This document shows positions 50,970-64,000 of a stretch of 64,000 bases of DNA, piece by piece. The stretch is from Antedon mediterranea. Taxonomy: Eukaryota; Animalia; Echinodermata. The notes below the pieces were generated by a model. That model worked only from the letters and a program-made list of their open reading frames with translations, ran no database searches and had not been told where the DNA came from. Position 1 is the stretch's first letter. Every line of letters starts with the position of its first letter. The position numbers and the translations under genes were made by a program. Location: positions 15,832,101-15,896,100 of the forward strand of contig NC_092677.1 in assembly GCF_964355755.1 (NCBI RefSeq), in the 5' to 3' direction.

Positions 50970-53765
50970 TCAGAAATGCCTGTCTTGAACTTGATATGTA
51001 AAATGATGACATTTACTGCATGTCTTGATTCCACAACGATAATTTATAATCTTTCCTCCAGGATCCCTTCCATGGCAGTACTTCAATCCGCACGGATACC
51101 AGCCGATGCAAACATCTAATGCACAGGCACACGGCACAGATGATTTGCTTACTAGAGAACATTTTGATATTTTTTCCGTGTTCAGTCTACGTGCAAAGTT
51201 CATAAGTCCTTGATATGTGACATTGCTTCCTGAAATACAATAACAATTATATGTAATCGTGGCAATAATGGAACACATCAGCAAAAAATTTTTTTTTTTT
51301 GGAAAAAATTAATTATCTAATTTCATATAGGATTTTATAAAGCAGCTAGTAATCAGCACGAAGTTGTGTCTTGACTTTACCAGGTAACCATTTGTACACC
51401 TGGGTGGAGAGAGGTAAATGTAAGTAAAGTGTCTTGCCTGAGGATACTAAAGCAATACGACAAGCATTGGATTCAAACTCACGATCAGTAGTCCATACAA
51501 CGTCAAACACACTGCGTCACACGCTTTTTTTTTGGGGGGGGGGGGGTTTATAAGCATGGCAAAACATATCACATAAACAGTGCTATCAAAAAATATTAGC
51601 ATCTTTAGCAATGGGTATGTGAAACGTGACATGCTGATGTTGAAAACTTTTCACTAACCTTTTGACCATCCTTTGATGTCTAGTACACTAGTAAAAGTAG
51701 TAGTTTTTGCTTCAGCGCACATTGTTTCAATATGCTTGCTGAATTGACTCGACTTTTTCGGGTCAATTGCTAAATTCATAGTATGGTCTTCGATTCCTAA
51801 ATCTTCTTCTGGTGTTCGAATTGTACCCGGATTTTTCTAAAAAGAATAAACACATTTGGTAGTCAATTGAAAATTATGTTTGAGAAGGAAACTAATTTTA
51901 AAAACCAAATAAATGACTTTGTTATTAAAGCACACCCATCAATTTTCTCCCCTATATGCCTTTGTCATGAAAGACATCTTTGATCAATGACAAACAATGC
52001 TGTACAGGGAAGCGTAATCAACAGAAATAACATAGCCCGGCGAGCATATTTTTGTAGAAGTTACTTAAAAATTCATAATTCCTTAATGAACAGTTTTGTA
52101 CACAAATTACTGAAAAATTTGAAAAATTGTTTTTATCGCCTAGAATCTAATGAAAAAAAGAAAAGTAAAACAAAATGTATAAGTAAGTAGGCACCGCAAC
52201 TGAACCTCAAGGCTTTTTTTCCCATTGCAATCAAAAAATGTTTCTAATTTTTTAATCATTCAGTATTCAGTAAGTGTATGCCAATCTTTTAAGAACATTT
52301 TGCAGTAATTTTTGTTTTCTCATACAACCCTCTTTGCAGGAAATACAATTTTTAAATTAACACGGTGTCCTGAAATCACCTGAAAATGCTATGTTATTTT
52401 CGGTCAAATTTTTTTTTTATTTTGTGAAAAAGGTGTATTTTTTCTCCATGCAAATAATAATGTACATTATCCATAACGTAAACATGTGTACCAACCTGCC
52501 GGAGTTTAGACATTGAATCAGATGAGATGAAATCATTTCTATTGAATTTACTGACAAAGCAAACCACCTGATAGCGACCTTCATCTCGTTCTTGTTCACC
52601 TAATACAATTAAACGCTGTATTTTGGTTTCCTGAAATGAAGTTAATAAAAAGGTACAGTACATTTAGCCTAGGCCTAGTATAAACTTTTAAATTATTCTT
52701 TAAATTTAATACATTAAATTTACACCGAGTCACTGGCTCCAAAAAACATATTCATAATTGAGCAAACTGTGAAATAATGAAATAACAATAGCCTAGGCTA
52801 GGCCTACTTTGTATCTATTATTTAAGATTAAATATTCGTATGATATTATGATGGAAAACGTATTAAGGCCCGTTTACACTAGGACGATAAAGATCGACCA
52901 TAAATAAACAAATATGCATTGTTCATACACAAAACAAAAGAAATCTAACAAGTTTTTATTCTAGAACTATTTAGGAACCATCTATGCTTAATTTGATAAA
53001 AATTATATTTTCACATGTCCAATCAAATAACGTCATGATTAGTAAGAGCAATAATATCGTGACAATACAACGATTTTTTGGGTTTTATTGATCATGACGT
53101 CATCTGATTGGATTTTTAAAAATATTATTTTTATCAAAGACAGCATAAATGAGTATTCTATAATTCTAGAACGAAAACCTTTCTAAATTATTTTGTTTTG
53201 TGTAAGAAAAAGGCATGCTTATCTATTTATCGCCGATCGTTATCGTCCTAGTGTAAATGGGCCTTTAGGCCTACCTACCTAGCTAGGCATCTACTAGGCC
53301 TAGGCCTAGAGGCCTATTGCTTTTATTTTTAATATTTAGTTTTTTTAACATTTATTAATTAAGGCCTAACTAAGTAAGATGCATATATATATATATAAAA
53401 TATATATATTTAATAGGCCTAGATAAAATTATTAAATTGAAAACTTTTAACAACTTCAATATAAAGGTACAGTACTGGGTTTTGTCTAGCCTACCTAAGC
53501 CCCTACAGTATAACAGCCTAGACAGCCTACTTTCTGTTCCCCACAGCGGCAAAAATGTGTTACCCACCGTCTGAAAATCAATCAGAATAGAAACAAGTGT
53601 TCCGTCTAGCCTCTGAAAACTTAACCTCACTAAATCATTCGGAATATCTGCTTGAATGTTTTCTTGTATTAAATCTCCGCCTTTATTTTTAACATTAACA
53701 ACTAGTTGACTCGTCACAAGTGCTGTTAACGATAATATAGAGGCGAAGCGTAAAAACAACGCCAT
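50970..53765 (-). CDS. OAF: Out at first protein homolog (secreted; 256 aa to the first TGA, 263 aa if the TGA is decoded)
   Basis: Exons 53765-53568, 52630-52496, 51836-51659 and 51229-50970. Signal peptide; motifs LVVNVKNKGGD, LGEQER, MSKLRQKNP, CACALDVCIGWYPCGLKYC and YRCGIKTCSKC. Confidence 0.93.
52866..53264. mobile_element. PIF/Harbinger MITE in OAF intron 1
   Basis: TIRs AGGCCCGTTTACACTAGGACGATAA / TTATCGTCCTAGTGTAAATGGGCCT extend as a near-complete foldback. TSD TTA at 52863-52865 and 53265-53267. Confidence 0.85.
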
Positions 53766-55044
53766 TATTAATTTGTTTATGTCCTTCCTTTAATACTATT
53801 AAATTTTCGCGAAAAGAAAGTGGCTGGCTATCGGCACGTTCGTCTTTCGTGTGTTTAATTCATCATTTTCTATCGGCACGGTCAACCGTATATCCACGGA
53901 GATCATGCAATTTTGTTTCCAATTAATTCCTCATTATAATGATAATAATAATAAAACTCGTCTTTTTTCGTGTTCAGTGTTTGCAGGGACCGTCTATGAA
54001 AATGAGTTTTTTTTTATTATTTTAAATAAGTACTCAAAGTCAGTGAAAGTTTCAATAAAAAAAGGATCGTTCCAATGAGAAGACAAAGGAAAAAGAGCTT
54101 CCATCGTCTCATAACCTTTTAACATCTTTATGACGGTGTAGGCCTATAAGGGCAGGTGTTTTGTTTTGTTCTTTGATTTTTTTTGTGGGGGGGGGGGGGG
54201 TGGTTAGGGGGAAGGAGGTGAACAGCATGAACACGAAGATGATAGTATCGATTTTGCAGATGGAACTATAGCCTATTGGTGAAACATCAGTGTTGATTCA
54301 ATATCACGCCAAGGTTACGAACTGAGGATGCAGATCGGAGCTAGCTTGAGTGATGGAAGCTGATTTGGTAAAGAATTAAATTTGAAGTAAAAAATTCAAA
54401 TTAGGCCTACATGACATCCACGATTAAATTTCTTGAAAACAGTTTTGACGTTTAGGCCTATAAAAAACAGAATCTGATTAGATGGATTGATAGGAAGATT
54501 GGTTGTCGTTGGCATATTATGGAATTGGATAATGTGTGAATGAATGATATTTGCGACAGGGGAAATATACACAGAAAGGCTTAGGCCTACAGAACACCAC
54601 CATTTAGGGAATTTGGAGTAGAAAATTAATTATTTATATACTGTAGGCATAGGTCTAAATGATTCGATCGGAAATGTATGATACATGTGCCAGAAAAACC
54701 GAAATTGTTTGAAAGTCGTTCAAGAAGAACTTATTTACCAATCGTATCAAATGCAACGATTATCGAGAAGGATAAGAGGACGAAGGAGTATCAATAAAAA
54801 TGAAATATCGGTTAAAAGTTTGTTTGATGCTATGCCCAGTTTTTGTTGCTAAACTTCAGTAAGATTTGTTGAAGTAGTGATCAGTCGATTTATGAGGATC
54901 TTAGAATCTTAGAAATAGCGTTGTTATCATTTACCAAACTATATCTTAATTTATAAACTTTCAGTTAAAATATAATGTATCTATTTGTATAAACGTGACT
55001 ATACACACAGCATAATGAATATATTATAATAACAATAAACAATA

Positions 55045-56027
55045 TTAATGTTGATTCTTTGTGAAATTAAATAATTCGAATTCAATGTGATCAATCAAGT
55101 CTTCGATGGCTGGTCTTTGTTCTGGTCTGGAATGAAGGCAGGGTCCGCTGATATCCATTAGCGGCAGTAATGCTTTGTTAGCGGCAATTCCTTCAATTAT
55201 GACACCAACACTGTAGATGTCTGAGGCAAAGGTCGGTGGTGTGTTGATGTTATACAGCTCTGGCGCATGTTCCGGGTGATCTTGCTGTAGGTCGAAGACA
55301 TCGGCTTTGTCGGTATTGTTCAACTGGAAGAAATCAAACGGTGCTTCTGCGGTGCAAACTGAGCCAAGGTCGAACATTTTTGAGGAGATACGAGGACCCT
55401 TGTTGTAAAGGAGAATATTGCGGCTTGCCAGGTCATTGTGAATCAAAGTATTCTTCTGTAGTATTTCGATTCCTTCTGCGATATCCAAAATTATGTGAAA
55501 ACAATCAATCGTGGTAATATGTGGTGAACTACTTGCCAAAGCTTTCATTAGTGATATGTTGATTTGAATGATGTTGAGTCGCCAACAAATTCCATAACAA
55601 TGGCCGATTGTGTGTCTGATGTAACTGCTTCACAAACGCCATAAATCCGTGGAAACACGTCACTCTCCTGAGACAGAACCATCATTATTCTAGCTTCAAA
55701 TAAAACTGTCAGCTTGTCGATGAACCGATTGAATTTTCCCGATCGAGTGGTTGTTGCGATAACCTTAAAGCTTGGTTCCCACTAGAACGTAACGCAAGGA
55801 CGTAAACGCAACGTAAGCGTTTTAACCAATGACAAGCGAATTTATAGATAGTTAGCAATCACAAGCGAATAAAGCCATCGCTTGGGATTGGTCAATTCAC
55901 TTGCGTTGCGTTACGTCCTTGCGTTGCGTCGCTAGTGGGAACCACGCTTAACAGCCACGAGTTCGCCATTAGAAACTTCAAAACGATGAAGTAAAACTTT
56001 TCCATATGTACCAGTGCCAAGTACTAC
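55045..56027 (-). pseudogene. Pseudogenised paralog of the kinase-domain exon at 32754-33551
   Basis: Same acceptor (ttatag|GTAGTACTTGGC) and high nucleotide similarity. Lesions are a MITE in the VAVK codons, a 2-bp frameshift insertion at about 55555 and DFG changed to DLG. No upstream exons are visible. Confidence 0.9.
55769..55948. mobile_element. Harbinger/Tourist MITE, 180 bp, TSD TAA
   Basis: TIRs AGCTTGGTTCCCACTAG / CTAGTGGGAACCACGCT, with TAA at 55766-55768 and 55949-55951. The empty site is visible in the paralog (ccttaacagcc at about 33470-33480). Confidence 0.92.
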
Positions 56028-56132
56028 CTATAATGTGCAAAAATATAACATTATATCAAGGTATAGGCCCGTAATGTCGATATATTACAGTATTTTCTGT
56101 GGTATTATGTCTAGTCTAAAAAATAGTACCAG

Positions 56133-59100
56133 CCCAGCAAACACATAACGTTTTTCTAACGTTCTTGTTTGGTTATTGTTTGGTTAGGTTCACTACGAAC
56201 GTTAAAAGAACATTAACATAACGTTCACTTAACAAGACTTATTCGTCGGACATTCTTTCAACGTTGTAAAAACGTTTATAATAACGTTAATATATAACAT
56301 TTTCCAAACTTGTTTTATTAACATTTACCTAACGTTAAATAAACGTTCTACAAAATGTTACGTTTTACCTCATACAGAACATTTATAATAACGTTTATGT
56401 AACGTTTGAAGGACATTTACAATAACATTCAAAATGTAACCATTACAAAACATGTTTTGATAATGTTCATCTAATGTTAGAATAACGTTTACAATAATGT
56501 CCAAAAGTAACATTTACAAAACTAATTCAGTAACATTTGTCTAACGTTAATTGAACGTTCACAAAAACGTTGCAATCAATATGTTTTTATAACATGCTGA
56601 TAACGTTAATCAGACAGTATAAAATAACGTTCAAACTCAACATCTGTCTAACGTTCTAAATAATATTTATATAACGTCTGTAAAACATTCACAATAACAT
56701 TGAAAAGCAACATCTACATAACTGTTTTAAATAATATTTGCCTAACGTGCAATCAACGTTCCCAATAACGTTGTAAATAAACCATTAGAAAACATATTGA
56801 TAACATTTTGCGAACGTTATACAAACGTTTACAATAACGTTCAAATATAACATCAACATAACTTTTAAATAACGTTGAAATAACATTTACAATAAACGTT
56901 AAAATGTGACATCTATATAACATTTGTTTTTAACATTAGCCTAACGTGCAATGAACGTTCCCAATAACGTTGTAAATAAACCATTAGAAAACATATTGAT
57001 AACATTTTGCGAACGTTATACAAACGTTTACAATAACGTTCAAATATAACATCAACATAACTTTTAAATAACGTTGAAATAACATTTACAATAAACGTTA
57101 AAATGTGACATCTATATAACATTTGTTTTTAACATTAGCCTAACGTGCAATGAACGTTCCCAATAACGTTGTAAATAAACCATTAGAAAACATATTGATA
57201 ACATTTTGCGAACGTTATACAAACGTTTACAATAACCTTCAAATATAACATCAACATAACTTTTAAATAACGTTGAAATAACATTTATAATAAACGTTAA
57301 AAAATGACATCTACATAATATTTGTTTTTAACATTGGCCTAACGTGCAATGAACGTTCCCAATAACGTTGTAAATAAACCATCAAGCAACATTTCAATAA
57401 CATGTTTCTAACGTTATACAAACGTTTACAATAACGTTCAAATATAACATCAACATAACTTTTTAAATAACGTTGAAATAACATTTACAATAAACGTTAA
57501 AATGTGACATCTATATAACATTTGTTTTTAACATTGGCCTAACGTGCAATGAACGTTCCCAATAACTTTGTAAATGAACCATAAGAAAACATATTGATAA
57601 CATTTTGCGAACGTTATACAAACGTTTACAATAACGTTCAAATATAACATCAACATAACTTTTAAATAACGTTGAAATAACATTAACAATAAACGTTAAA
57701 AAATGACATCTACATAACATTTGTTTTTAACATTGGCCTAACGTGTAATGAACGTTCCCAATAACGTTGTAAATAAACCATCAAGCAACATTTCAATAAC
57801 ATGTTGCTGACGTTATACAAACGTTTACAATAACGTTCAAATATAACATCAACATAACTCTTTAAATAACGTTGAAATAACATTTACAATAAACGTTAAA
57901 ATGTGACATCTATATAACATTTGTTTTTAACATTGGCCTAACGTGCAATGAACGTTCCCAAGAACGTTGTAAATAAACCATTAGACAACATTTTAATATC
58001 ATTTTGCAAACGTTAAAAAAACGTTTACAATAACGTTCAAATATAGCATCAACATAACTTTTTAAATAACGTTGAAATAACATTTACAATAAACGTTAAA
58101 ATGTGACATCTATATAACATTTGTTTTTAACATTGGCCTAACGTGCAATGAACGTTCCCAATAACGTTGTAAATAAACCATTAGACAACATTTTGATATC
58201 ATTTTGCTAACGTTAAAAAAACGTTTACAATAACGTTCAAATATAACATCAACATAACTTTTAAATAACGTTGAAATAACATTTATAATAAACATTAAAA
58301 TGTGACATCTACATAACATTTGTTTTAAACATTCCCAATAACGTTGTAAATAAACGATCATAAAAAGGTTTGATAACATTTTGCTAACGTTATACAAACG
58401 TTTACAATAACGTTCAAACATAACATCAACATAACTTTTTAAATAACGTTGAAATAACATTTACAATAAACGTTAAAATGTGACATCTATATAACATTTG
58501 TTTTTAACATTGGCCTAACGTGTAATAAACGTTCCTAATAACGTTGTAAGTAAACCATTAGACAACATTTTGATATCATTTTGCTAACGTTAAAAAAACC
58601 GTTTACAATAACGTTCAAATATAACATCAATATAACTTTGAAATAACGTTGAAATAACATTTACAATAAACGTTAAAATGTGACATCTATATAACATTTG
58701 TTTTTAACATTGGCCTAACGTGTAATGAACGTTCCCAATAACGTTGTAAGTAAACCATTAGAAAACATATTGATAACATTTTGCGAACGTTATACAAACG
58801 TTTACAATAACGTTCAAATATAACATCAACATAACTTTCAAATAACGTTGAAATAACATTTATAATAAACGTTAAAAAATGACATCTACATAACATTTGT
58901 TTTTAACATTGGCCTAACGTGTAATGAACGTTCCCAATAACGTTGTAAATAAACCATCAAGCAACATTTCAATAAGTTGTTGCTAACGTTATACAAACGT
59001 TTACAATTTAAAACAAACGATTACATAACATGTTAACATTTTTCTAACGTTTTAGAAACATCCAAACATTCTTTTTTAGATAACGTTGAAACATTTACAA

Positions 59101-59260
59101 CAACCGTTTAAATTTAACATTTAGTACTAACGTGAAATGAACATTAACAATAACTTTGTAATGAAACCATTACATTTTGAAAACATTTTGCTAACGTTAT
59201 ACACACCTCTTGATAATAACGGGATCCTATCCCAAAAACGTTTAACTAAAACATCAATAT
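56133..59260. repeat. AACGTT-rich satellite (199-200-bp unit, about 11 copies at 56730-59010) with diverged flanks, starting at a transposon-like terminus CCCAGCAAACAC
   Basis: The marker cctaacgtg recurs at 56741, 56940, 57139, 57338, 57538, 57737, 57937, 58137, 58514, 58714 and 58913. The unit is built from sub-repeats of about 11 bp containing AAC(G/A)TT. Confidence 0.9.
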
Positions 59261-62119
59261 GATTTTAAGGTTGAGATATCTTATAAAATCTTGATTTGCA
59301 AAATTCTGTAGGCCGTAAATGAATTGTTGCTGATACAGTATTCGGATATGAATTTGCTGTGCATGCTTTTATGAATACAATTTTTTGCTTGTTATAGCGC
59401 CCCCTATATAGTATAATATTTCAACACCAAAATACGTTGCATAGGGACGACCCGGGATACATCTAGCACATAATTCTATCCGTTGTTACTATCTATACCA
59501 TATTTTTGTTTGAAAAATTCAATAATAAATAGCAAAAATGCAATAACACTGAGTATGTATCCAAAATGAGATGTGTTGTCCTTGTCCACCTTGCAGATAT
59601 GATTGTGTAATCCAGAATAAAAGATGCTGTCTTCTAAAAAACAACACATTTTGTCCGATATACTGGATGTACGATCGTGTCTATTGCTGATGATGACACT
59701 ACTTCCACAGATTGAAGTTAATTTAGAATTCTCAGCAATAATATTATGACTTATTTTTATTTTTGTAAATGGATTTACTACCGGTACTACTACAGAATGC
59801 CGTTTTTCGAGTGTAAGGTCCATGCTGCTTTTGGCTAAATAAATGTGAATTTGAATTGAATTGAACACAAAAAAAATGTTTCGTGTTACAAAATATACAT
59901 ATTATTACCAGCCGTTCAATCTCACATTAGCAAACGAAACAGTTTTTTGATTAAAAAAAAATATTATTTGCACATTTAACATCAAAATGTGTTACATATA
60001 ACGGCGTCATGTTTGGGTGATGATTTTTTGCCGATATGAACCTATAATTTCCATCAAAAACAACACAAGTGTAGAAATCAATTGATACATCAATTGCACA
60101 TTGAGGGTGGCAAGTTTGCACAAAATAATGTGGTTGTTAGCACATATTGACGGCAGATTTTGTCACAAGTGCTGTTTCTACAAAATATATGACCAAAACT
60201 ACTTCTAAGCAGCTCTGGTTTGGGATGACCACATTTTGCACAAACCCTCTTTACATTAGTTACCAACTATCAATTTTTAATTCAATAAAAACATTGGCAA
60301 ACATACAATGTAAACGGAACGGAATAAACAGAGATGAAAGAAACACATTTATGCGATGAGGCCCTACAAAGACTTTTCAAAAAGGTTCCTACGCAGATTG
60401 TAAACGTACCGCTGAAATAGTTAACTAGCTATATTTACATTGTTCAAAGATATATGATATAATATTCTCATTTCACACAATAATTGTAGATTTTGACAAC
60501 AGAGCATGGCGTTTGGTGGAAAACCTTCCTGTTATATTTGCGAGTTAATTTTGCTGTTGGTATTGGGTTTTGAAATAAAATTCAGACAATTTTAAAACTA
60601 TTGCGATTATTAAGTCATAGAAAGGACATTAGAAAAAATAGCAGGATCAGATCCTTTCGCAAAATGTCTGTATAGTCGGAATCTGCCTAGCTTATTGCCT
60701 GCCTGCACCACCACACACCTGCAGTTTTTACATGTATTTGTATAGGCCTTGTTTATGGGAAAATAAATATGGTTGTTGACATTCAATGAAGAAATTACAT
60801 TCGCTTTTCACCATTTATCCATCTTCTTTAACGTCTTTCTTAATGGAAACAAGTATCTCGTAAATATTATGCGTTTTAATTCTCTGAATTGTAGTGGGCC
60901 GCCGGCCAAGATGCGTACAATAGTTATTATGAGTCTAGGAAGGGAGGTACAGTCTGGATGATGGTGTATTTGTTTATCTTAACACCCGTGTTAATTCGAT
61001 TCGATCATACACAACTTGAAGAACCAGTATTCAATTTGGCAACAACGTAATTGAGGAAAGCGTTGTTTTGTTTTTTTTTTTCAATATTATATTTTCAAAT
61101 AACACTTGGGATGAAATTTATTCTAAAATGTCTCAAAAACGTCACACAATGTGGGATGCCAATACAATTCAGCTCCACCATCCTTTAGGGAAGAATGAGT
61201 AAATATTTTCTGATTCTGACTAATCACAAACGTGGCCGTTTTCCGCTGTTAAAGTTTGGAAAGTGAAATTATTATCTTGTAGACGCAAATGGATTTTTTC
61301 ATTCTTAATTTAGTTAACAATAACATAAAGTCGAAAAATATATGTGATGGCATAAAACATAAACATACAATTCAAAAGTTTGATAAATGTATGACGATTG
61401 AGGGCGCACTTTATGTTATGGAAGGCCGTTTTAATTTGGATATTTTTAAACACATTATCTGTAAATATTTCAATTTATATTTGGATTTCTTTATTATGTC
61501 ATATATTTCATTGAGTATTTATTGTAAATTAAATTTACATTATTCTATAAACAGTCAATTATAGGTTTTATAGCATATTTGTCAACGGGCGCTGACGGCG
61601 TATCGTAATTTCGGTCACGCTCTATCGCATTTGTGGTAAACAATTTACGACATGAGTGGACAAAATTGCGTATAAAAGTCACATTTTCTCGTTAAATTAC
61701 AGATTTTTAATGACGCAAAATAAAAAAACGATCTTTTCAATATATTTGGAACCTCTGTGTGAATGTCATTAGGGTACAAGGGGGAGGGGGTGTTATTTAA
61801 TGGGGAGGGAGATTTTATTGTCACTCACAGAGATAAGACTAAGAGCAGTTGTGTAGTACTGTATGGTTATAAAAGCATTACAATCCCTTACTACAATTAA
61901 TAATAATATACAAAATAAAAGGATACAATCTTTTTGGTCAAATCATGGTTTAAAAGTAATTACATGATGATAGTATATAAAATAAATCAAATAAATCTGT
62001 GTGTTGGTATCATTGATGGACCTATAAATTATAATAGGTCTATTGTTATAATATGTCACTGTAATGATTTAACATTGGGAACATGTTCCATTTTCAAAAA
62101 GTTTTAAGATCAGATATAA

Positions 62120-62830
62120 TATATATTTTATTCGTCCAATAATTTGTGGAAATTTACTTTCCTTTGGCATACATAATACAAATGATAAGTAACAAAATTA
62201 GCGCCTGATTAAACTTGAAAATTGAATTTGGATAAAAAGAATTCCTATATCTTGTCATATGAGTACGCGGTACACATAATCTTATGCCAGATCTATTATA
62301 TTTTAATTAATGATTTTAGAGGATGTGTTTAATTTGAATAATCTTAATAACTTTCTTTTGAGTTCAGCTGGTATAAATTGTTTCTAAGGTTTCAATAACA
62401 ATTTCCACTCTCCTATTATACGTTTAGCAGCTTTACATTCTTAAGTTTGTTTTTGGTTGCTTTCGTCACGTTACCATATATACAATTTAAAGTTAAAATG
62501 CTAAGGACAACAGATTTGTAAAATAATATTAAAATCGTTTTTATCTACGTTAAAATAGTTAAGTTTTTTTTAAAAATACAATCGCTGATTTGCTTTTCAT
62601 CTGACTGAGTTGTAACATTAAATTTGTTCTACTATGGTAGTATCTAAATATTTGTATTCGTTAACGTCTTCAATAATTTCATTTTTAAGATATTCTAAAC
62701 TATTATGTACCTTGCCGAAATCAATTATCACCTCTTTGGTTTTGTTGATTACTAAATAATTCTAGTACAGTATATACTCTCATTCCAATCAATTGAGCTT
62801 CATTCAAGTTCTATTATTCTTTAATTGTAA
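62120..62830 (-). mobile_element. Decayed 3' fragment of a Rex/Babar-like LINE
   Basis: Minus-strand remnants KTKEVIIDFGK, EYKYL, KANQRLYFLKKL and ILILFYKSVV are homologous to 36841-37488. The 3' end has ggacgaataaa. Confidence 0.75.
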
Positions 62831-64000
62831 GAAGAAAGACAAACATTTTTTTTTCTTGCTAATCTGAGTTAATGAAAGCAAAAGGTCAATCTCTCTTTTT
62901 GTCATTAAATATAAAAATGTTGTTGTTATACTAATTAATAGACGCTTGCCAACTATAATAATAATAGTTTGGTTTCTCTCTTTTAAAACGGAGGAACACG
63001 TAACGAGAGGTTCAACCCATACAAAATGTTCACAAAAAGTTATTAATTAATACTGTACCATATTTGTAAAATCTATGAACTATAAACAATACATTTAAGA
63101 AATAAGTGCATATTAAGGATAATTGTCGATCTTAAGGACAATTGACAATGCACAATTTTCATAATAGTAAAATCTATTCTAAATCTAAAATTTGAAGAAA
63201 AAAAAACAATTAAGAAGAAAAATTTTTTTTAATGTTTCCGTTGTCTAGGACCTGGGACAGATTTGTATGCATTTAATTTAGGAGAGAATATTTCAACTGT
63301 TATAGGATAATTTGACCCCAACGAACAACATGGAATGTGTGCCAAATTTGCTATCCGGGGCGAACATGCCCAAAATCGGGGTCAAAAGTTAAAAATGTGT
63401 GGTTCTTATATCTCGACAACCACTTGTCGTACAGATTTGCTTTTGACGACAAATTGTTCAGAATATACATATTTATATTCAGCCTAACACAACCTCTAGC
63501 GAAAAAATGACTGGAAATGCTTTTACTGACTTTTGACCCAAAAATGACCAAAAAACACATTTTCAGGTTTAATTATTCTTTAAAATGCCAAGGACAAACT
63601 GTGTGGTATCAAATGAAAGCATTTGTATTGAAAATTTCTAATTATGAAGCTAATTGTATGGAAAATGTGCATATTTTGATTACTTTTATACAAAAAATGA
63701 ATATTTGGTAGCGTAATTGGTATGTTTATTTATATAATATTAAATCATTACATCATCAGTGTTTGGAAAAAAATGAGTACCGTATACAGTAAGTAGTGTA
63801 AATTTATTTTGGTTTATTTATAATATTATAAAACATTTTCTAAAGTAGCTTTATTAATTTTAACTTTACAATTCAATTTGATAGCATATTTGATTGGCTT
63901 TCATTTGATATAGTGTCACATATTTCATTAAAACTAAAAAAATATTGATTTATTATACAAAATAAATGTACACTACTTGCACTTACGTACAGTATACAGT

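Noticed and set aside
56913-58896. Four near-identical 69-116 aa ORFs resembling a tandem gene family
   Set aside because: They are translations of the 199-bp satellite unit.
59476-59868. 130-aa ORF containing MCCF, as in the kinase N-terminal exon
   Set aside because: There is no further similarity or clear splice context, so it is treated as coincidence.

Overview
AT-rich, intron-rich metazoan genomic DNA. An invertebrate deuterostome, probably an echinoderm, is inferred from vertebrate-like exon structures, Deu- and CORE-type SINEs and abundant TAGGCCTA. Six spliced protein-coding genes were reconstructed by hand: an SMPD3/nSMase2-like gene (minus strand, 3' part runs off the window), DERL1 (minus, 7 exons, one U12 intron), TBC1D31/WDR67 (plus, 22 exons, head-to-head with DERL1), an unusual non-RD tyrosine-kinase-like kinase (minus), RBBP5 (plus, 14 exons) and OAF (minus, 4 exons). 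There is also a pseudogenised second kinase copy. Introns and spacers hold many TEs (Academ-like, MULE-like, hAT, Harbinger MITEs, Kolobok-like, Helentron-type HINEs, Rex/Babar-type LINEs, SINEs) and several mini/satellites. The most notable observations are an in-frame TGA exactly at the conserved C-terminal Cys of OAF, loss of two catalytic residues in the nSMase, a minisatellite that multiplies a splice donor about 18-fold, and a 1.2-kb foldback inserted about 70 bp upstream of the RBBP5 ATG. Homology calls rest on recalled reference sequences, not on database searches.
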